Below are positions 58,238 to 64,000 of a stretch of DNA of 64,000 bases, piece by piece (within the stretch, counting starts at the first letter, position 1; each line of letters starts with the position of its first letter). The notes under the pieces are model-generated. The model saw nothing but the letters and a program-made list of their open reading frames with translations, searched no databases and was not told where the DNA came from. The translations under genes and the position numbers were made by a program. The DNA comes from Candidatus Latescibacterota bacterium (GTDB taxonomy: Bacteria > Latescibacterota > UBA2968 > UBA8231), in NCBI GenBank assembly GCA_964291625.2, contig OZ220089.1:3456001-3520000 (forward strand), read 5' to 3'.

Positions 58238-59055
58238 GGCCGCTCCTCCGCCGGGATGACGATCTCCGCCTGGATCCGGGTGGCGCTGGGGTAACCCAGC
58301 CGGCGGCAGCGGTCGGCGAACTGCTGCGCCGCCGCGGAGGTGCGGAAGCTGCCGGCCAGGATCTTGTACCACGGCTCCTCGAAGCGGATGTCCAGGTCCT
58401 GGCGCTCGAGCCGGGCCGCGGCCCGGTCGCGCAGGCCGCGGGCGTCCTCGTGGCGCTTGTGCTGGGCGATCAGGACCCGCCATCCCTGGAGGCGCACCAT
58501 CTCGGGCGGCGGCTCCTCGGTGGCGGCGGGGGCCTCGACCTCCTTCGCCTCGGGAGCTTCGACCTCGTCGAGTTCCTCGGGCGCGGCGGACGGCGGCGCC
58601 TCGGCCTCGGGGGCCGCGGCGGTGCTGTCGGCGACGACGAAGGCCTGGGAGAAGTCCCTGCCCAGGGCGGCCAGCTCCCGGCGCAGGCGGTCGGCCCCGG
58701 CGCGGTCGGCGAAGCGGCCGGCGACCACCGAGTGGAGCCCTCCGTGGGGGACGACGTCGACGGCCAGCCCCAGGCGGCTTCCGAGGCCGGCGGCGATCTC
58801 CCGCGCCGCCTCCTCCCGGCTCAGGCTGATGACCTGCACGCGCCAGGCCGTCCCCAGCGAGTCGGAGGCCCCCCCGGGGGTGGCCGCGGCGGGCCGGGGC
58901 AGCAGCTCCGGCGGTGCGAACCGCGGCTGGATGAGGACGAGGTCCTCGCGGTACCGGGCCGGATCGAAGTCGTCGCGAAACTGCGAGGCGGCCGGGTGGG
59001 CCAGGGCGGCGATGGTCAGGCCGCCGAGGAAGGCGACCGCCCGGGTGCGCGCCAT
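58234..59055 (-). CDS. Secreted protein with two SPOR domains
   Basis: WRVQV...VVAGRF and GWRVLI...WYKILAGSF. Confidence 0.75.
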   Translation of the reverse strand: MARTRAVAFLGGLTIAALAHPAASQFRDDFDPARYREDLVLIQPRFAPPELLPRPAAATPGGASDSLGTAWRVQVISLSREEAAREIAAGLGSRLGLAVDVVPHGGLHSVVAGRFADRAGADRLRRELAALGRDFSQAFVVADSTAAAPEAEAPPSAAPEELDEVEAPEAKEVEAPAATEEPPPEMVRLQGWRVLIAQHKRHEDARGLRDRAAARLERQDLDIRFEEPWYKILAGSFRTSAAAQQFADRCRRLGYPSATRIQAEIVIPAEERP

Positions 59056-59057
59056 CC

Positions 59058-60115
<1,058 letters not shown>

Positions 60116-60119
<4 letters not shown>

Positions 60120-60523
60120 CCGCGGCCCTCCTCCGTCACCACGGCGTCCCCCGCGGCCGGCTGCTCCTCCTCCCAGCCGTCGGGCAGGCGCGTCGCCGGG
60201 GCGTCGCCCCACAGGCGTTCGAGCCCGTAGAACTCGCGCGCCTCCCGGCCGAAGATGTGGACGACCACGTCGACGAAGTCGACGAGGACCCAGCGCAGGG
60301 ACTGGCGGCCCTCGACGTGCCACGGCCGGTGCCCCTGTCGGCGCAGCTGGTCCACGAGGTCGTCGGTCAGGGACCGGATGTGGGGCTCGGAGGTGCCAGA
60401 GCAGAGGACGAAGTAGTCGGCGGTGTCGCTGATGCCGCGCAGGTCGATGACCACCAGGTCGAGGGCCTTCCTGTCGCGCAGGGTCTCGAGGATGGGCTCC
60501 AGCAGGGGGTCGGCGGCGGTCAA
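60116..60523 (-). CDS. rsfS: Ribosome silencing factor
   Basis: KALDL, DYFVLCSG, WVLVD, VVVHIF, REFYGLERLW. Confidence 0.93.
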
Positions 60524-60990
60524 TTCGACGCCCCGGAGGCGGAGTCGAACAGCCCCAGGCGACGGTAGTCGCGGCCGACGACGACGGTGATCGCCTCGAG
60601 CCGGTAGCCGTCGTCGCTGAGCTGCTGGATGGCTTCGGGAATCCCGAGGAGGTGGGCGACGTGGCGCGCCTTCTCGAGGTCGCCGTTGCGGTCGATGACG
60701 ACGGACTCGACGAAGTCGAAGCTGGAGGCGTTGCCCTCGTGGATGACGTCGAGTCCGAGGGACCGGGCCTTGTCGGTCATCCGCGCCGCCACCAGGGAGG
60801 CACCGCAGCCGTTGAGGACGGCCAACTGGAAGTCGTCCAGGGGGACGGGGGGGGAAACCTCGGCGGGCGGGGCCTGCGGCTGCGGCTGGGGCGCCGGGGC
60901 GTCCGGGGCCTGCGCCCGGGGCCAGAACTGGACTGCCAGCAGCGCCGTGCACGCCGCGCCCGCCAGCAGACAGAGGGCCTTCTCCTGCAC
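60520..60990 (-). CDS. LytR C-terminal domain protein
   Basis: VLNGCG...A, GNA, TVVVGRDY. Confidence 0.8.
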   Translation of the reverse strand: MQEKALCLLAGAACTALLAVQFWPRAQAPDAPAPQPQPQAPPAEVSPPVPLDDFQLAVLNGCGASLVAARMTDKARSLGLDVIHEGNASSFDFVESVVIDRNGDLEKARHVAHLLGIPEAIQQLSDDGYRLEAITVVVGRDYRRLGLFDSASGASN

Positions 60991-61143
60991 GTTCGGAAGC
61001 GGAATCCCGGTTAGCCCGAAAGGGGCGAGGAGGCCGCGAGCGACCGGAGGCCGGTCCGGGGGCGCACGCGAACCCCCCCCAACCTCCAATGACAATTATG
61101 CCACCGGGAGCCGCCGGAAGTCAAAGGGCGGCGAACAGCCGGC

Positions 61144-61296
61144 TCAGGCCGGAAGCAGCTCCATGCCGATGCGCGCCAGCAGGTAGGCCGCGGAGGCCGC
61201 CGTGAGAGCGCGGGCGACGCGGTCCACCGGGGCGGACGGCACCGAGACGAACCGCAACCGGGGCTGGATGACGATGTGCAGGGCAATGCTGAACAT
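61144..61296 (-). CDS. Possible 50-aa small protein
   Basis: Hand translation MFSIALHIVIQPRLRFVSVPSAPVDRVARALTAASAAYLLARIGMELLPA; host-like codons. Confidence 0.4.
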   Translation of the reverse strand: MFSIALHIVIQPRLRFVSVPSAPVDRVARALTAASAAYLLARIGMELLPA

Positions 61297-61343
61297 GCGT
61301 ATAGGTTACTGAACATCGTTGCAGGTGTCAAGAGCGATCTCCT

Positions 61344-64000
61344 TCAGAACAGACCCGAGTACTTGAAGGTGAGGATGTAGTCGCGGGTGCCCTCGCGCCG
61401 GGCCCTGGGACGGGAGTCGTAGATGTCCCAGGCGAAGCCGAAGAGAAAGCGGTCCTTGTAGAGGGACAGGGCCAGCCCGAGGGAGACGGCGATGGAGTTG
61501 TCCGTGGAGAGCGCCTCCAGAACGTTGCCGATGGCGGTGAGGTGGACGCCGGATACGGCGGGGTGCTCGGCGTTGTGCCAGCCCGCGAAGGCGATGCCCG
61601 GCAGACCGATGAGCCGCTCCGTCTTGCCCTTCACGAGGCGGCCCTCTTCGTCGGTGCGGTCGCGCCCCGGGCGGATGGCGAGGAAGGAGACCAGGGGCTT
61701 GGCCTCGAAGGCCCACTTCCAGCCGCCGGACTCCAGGATCTGGGAGATCGACTGCTCCGGCCCTCCGGCGTGGCTCCGGGTGGTGAGCCGCAGGCGCACC
61801 CGTTTGATGCCGGTGTCGGTCAGGCGGAGGTTGAGGTCCTCCACGTGGACGCTGTCCTCGCTGTCGGCGTAGATCTGCACCCGGGCCTGCCGGGGACCGC
61901 CCTTGGGGTCGTAGTTCTCGTCGAGCTGGACCCACTCCACGTCGACCCGGCGCCCCACCAGGGCCTGCCGCAGGGTGTCGGGAAGGTCGATCCGCATGTC
62001 GATCCGGGTGCCGTCGCGCACCACCAGGGGCGTGGGGGTCCAGGGCACCTCCAGCGGCCGGGCTCCGGACTTGCCCGTGGCCAGCACGGAGACGATGGAC
62101 GCCAGGTCGACGACGCCCAGGGCCCCCCGTCCGCGGATCTTGATGGGCTGCGCCTTGTCGCGCACGTCGTTGCTGATCAGCAGGATCTGGCCGAAGCGCT
62201 CCCCCAGGGCCTCCGGGGAGAAGTGGATGTTCAGGGTCGTCGACTCCCCGGGGTCGAGGGAGAAGGCCGAGGGCTCCACGCGGGCCTCGCCGGTGAGGGC
62301 GCTGGCCTCCACCTGCAGGGCGGTGTCGCCGGAGTTGGTCGCCACCAGCGGCCGCTGGTCGCTCTCGCCGATGACGACGTGTCCGAAGTCGAGCACTCCG
62401 GACGGATGCAGCTCGATCTCGGCGGCGACGCCGGTGCCGGTGAGCAGCACCTCGAGGTTGGCGGCGCCGCCCTCCCAGAAGCCCTCGAGGCGCAGGGTGC
62501 CGCTCACGGGCCCGCGCGCCGAGGGCGCGAAGGTGACGCGCACCGGCAGCGAGCCCAGGCCGTTGCCGGGCAGCCGGTGTGCCCCCCCGTCGGGAGAGAC
62601 CTGCGTGAAGATGGTGAAGTCGTCGCTCGTGGAGTGGATGCGGCCGATGGAGAAGTCGGCGTTGCCGCCGTTGGTCAGCTCGATGATGCCGCTGCCGGAT
62701 TCGCCCACGGGAACCCGGCCGAAGTCGAAGGCCGTCGGCTTGAGCTGCAGAAAGCGGCCCGTCCCCTGCAGCTGCATCCGGCGGCGGCCGGCCTCGGTGT
62801 GGACCGACAGGGCGCCCTCGCGCAGGCCGACCTCCCGGGGGCGGAAGACCAGCTCCACGCGGCCGCTCTCCCCGGGGTTGAGCAGGAGCGTGCCGGTCTC
62901 CAGGTCGAACTCGGGGCCGCTGCCCTCCTCCAGCTCGAGGCGCACCAGGAAGGGGGTGCCGCCCCGGTTCCACATGAGCAGCGGCAACCGCGCCGGCTTG
63001 CCCAGGGGCACGCTGCCGAAGTCGATGGGAGAGCGGTCGAGGAGCTCCACGTGCGGCGGGCCGACCTGCCCCATGCCGGTGAGGGGGACCTCGAGGCGGC
63101 GGCGCTGCGGATCGTTGCTGGTCAGCAGGAGGGCGGCGCTGTCCGGCCCCTCGTAGCGCGGCCGGAAGCGGACTGCGACATCGCGCCGGGCCCCCGGCCC
63201 GAGCCGCAGGGGCGACTCTCCGCCCACCTCGAAGGCCTCGTCGGCCAGTTGCAGGGAGAGATCGAGATCGCCCCGACCCTGGTTGATCAGGGTGAGTCGG
63301 CGGCGGGAGGCCGCCCCCATCTCGACGGTCTCGAAGTCGATCCCCACCTCGGGCAGGGGGGAGACCGCCAGCCGCGGGGCCAGTCCCTCGCCGGCGAGGG
63401 GAACGGTCATGGCGGGCAGGTCCGCGGAGTGCACGTGCAGGCGGCCCCGGAAGGTCCCGTCGCCGGACGGGTTGAAGAGCACGCCGACCTCCGTGCGCGA
63501 GCCCGGCGCCAGAGGGCGGTCCGGGGCGCCCGCGAGCGAGAACGGCCCCGACGCGGGCTCGATGGAGAGGCTGTCGACGACCAGCTCCACGCCGCCGGGG
63601 TTCATCAGCTCCAGGGAGCGGCGCACGACCCGCCCCACCGGGGCCGGCCCGGCGTCGATCCCGGCCTCGGGGCCGGGACGCAGGCGCAGCCGCGGCCGCT
63701 CGACGGAAGCGGCGAGCCCGACGCGGGCCTGCTCGCTGCCGAAGAGCTCCCCGGTCTGCAGGGAGAGCTCGCCGGCGTGGGATCCGGTGTCAGCGGCGCT
63801 GAACTCGACGGTCAGGGAGCGGGTGGCGGCGGCCGGCAGATGGAGGGTGTCGGCGGCGACGGAGAATCCCTCGCCCTCGACCCGCAGATCGACCTCCAGG
63901 TCGTCGGCGCCGGTGTTGCGCACCGAGACCTCGAGGCGGCTGGTGCGGCCGGGCTTGAGGGCCCCGAAGTCGAGGCTGTCGGGCTGGACCTGGAGCGGCT
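61344..64000 (-). CDS. Large protein with tandem Ig-like ASH/choice-of-anchor-D repeats; 5' end outside window
   Basis: Repeated DFG.V...L.N.G...L...F.P...G.L...SND units; ends in F after beta-rich strands. Confidence 0.8.
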   Translation of the reverse strand, partial: PLQVQPDSLDFGALKPGRTSRLEVSVRNTGADDLEVDLRVEGEGFSVAADTLHLPAAATRSLTVEFSAADTGSHAGELSLQTGELFGSEQARVGLAASVERPRLRLRPGPEAGIDAGPAPVGRVVRRSLELMNPGGVELVVDSLSIEPASGPFSLAGAPDRPLAPGSRTEVGVLFNPSGDGTFRGRLHVHSADLPAMTVPLAGEGLAPRLAVSPLPEVGIDFETVEMGAASRRRLTLINQGRGDLDLSLQLADEAFEVGGESPLRLGPGARRDVAVRFRPRYEGPDSAALLLTSNDPQRRRLEVPLTGMGQVGPPHVELLDRSPIDFGSVPLGKPARLPLLMWNRGGTPFLVRLELEEGSGPEFDLETGTLLLNPGESGRVELVFRPREVGLREGALSVHTEAGRRRMQLQGTGRFLQLKPTAFDFGRVPVGESGSGIIELTNGGNADFSIGRIHSTSDDFTIFTQVSPDGGAHRLPGNGLGSLPVRVTFAPSARGPVSGTLRLEGFWEGGAANLEVLLTGTGVAAEIELHPSGVLDFGHVVIGESDQRPLVATNSGDTALQVEASALTGEARVEPSAFSLDPGESTTLNIHFSPEALGERFGQILLISNDVRDKAQPIKIRGRGALGVVDLASIVSVLATGKSGARPLEVPWTPTPLVVRDGTRIDMRIDLPDTLRQALVGRRVDVEWVQLDENYDPKGGPRQARVQIYADSEDSVHVEDLNLRLTDTGIKRVRLRLTTRSHAGGPEQSISQILESGGWKWAFEAKPLVSFLAIRPGRDRTDEEGRLVKGKTERLIGLPGIAFAGWHNAEHPAVSGVHLTAIGNVLEALSTDNSIAVSLGLALSLYKDRFLFGFAWDIYDSRPRARREGTRDYILTFKYSGLF

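Noticed and set aside
61143-61160. SRP RNA-like TCAGGCCGGAAGCAGC
   Set aside because: Lacks the full domain IV sequence and flanking stem; explained as the antisense end of a small ORF.

Overview
GC-rich bacterial DNA. The C-terminal S-S-W-[GA]-R-I-K motif on several secreted proteins suggests an FCB-related candidate phylum such as Latescibacterota (inference). About 1-44 kb is an accessory, heavily rearranged region, almost all on the minus strand. About 44-64 kb is housekeeping: SelA-like enzyme, aldo/keto reductase, surface-glycan genes, and rsfS-mtnA-SPOR-mltD-mreD-mrdA-rodA. The standout is a cassette present three times (two complete, one 5'-truncated): two membrane-anchored CxxC thioredoxin-fold proteins, an A24 prepilin-type aspartic peptidase, a 95-96 aa precursor, a strong hairpin, and a secreted ~310 aa 'SWGRIK' protein. 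Each precursor has a conserved 49-aa bipartite leader (Flp-prepilin-like F-x-x-x-E-D-G, then a hydrophobic AxA signal) and a variable 8-Cys defensin-like core. This looks like a prepilin-peptidase/redoxin-matured disulfide-rich peptide family that I do not recognise as described. Also present: an ABC/Yip1/S8-DUF1611/HlyD export-maturation operon; a lower-GC vsr-dcm-UvrD/PD-(D/E)XK-ATPase/TOPRIM putative defence operon; six paralogous SWGRIK genes plus two remnants; an intact PA0069-type radical SAM gene plus three fragments marking duplication breakpoints; a sigma54-type glycosyltransferase/BtrH module; and TIR/SEFIR and Clp-fold protease pieces. No tRNA, rRNA or CRISPR array was seen. All calls come from motif reading only; no database searches were run.
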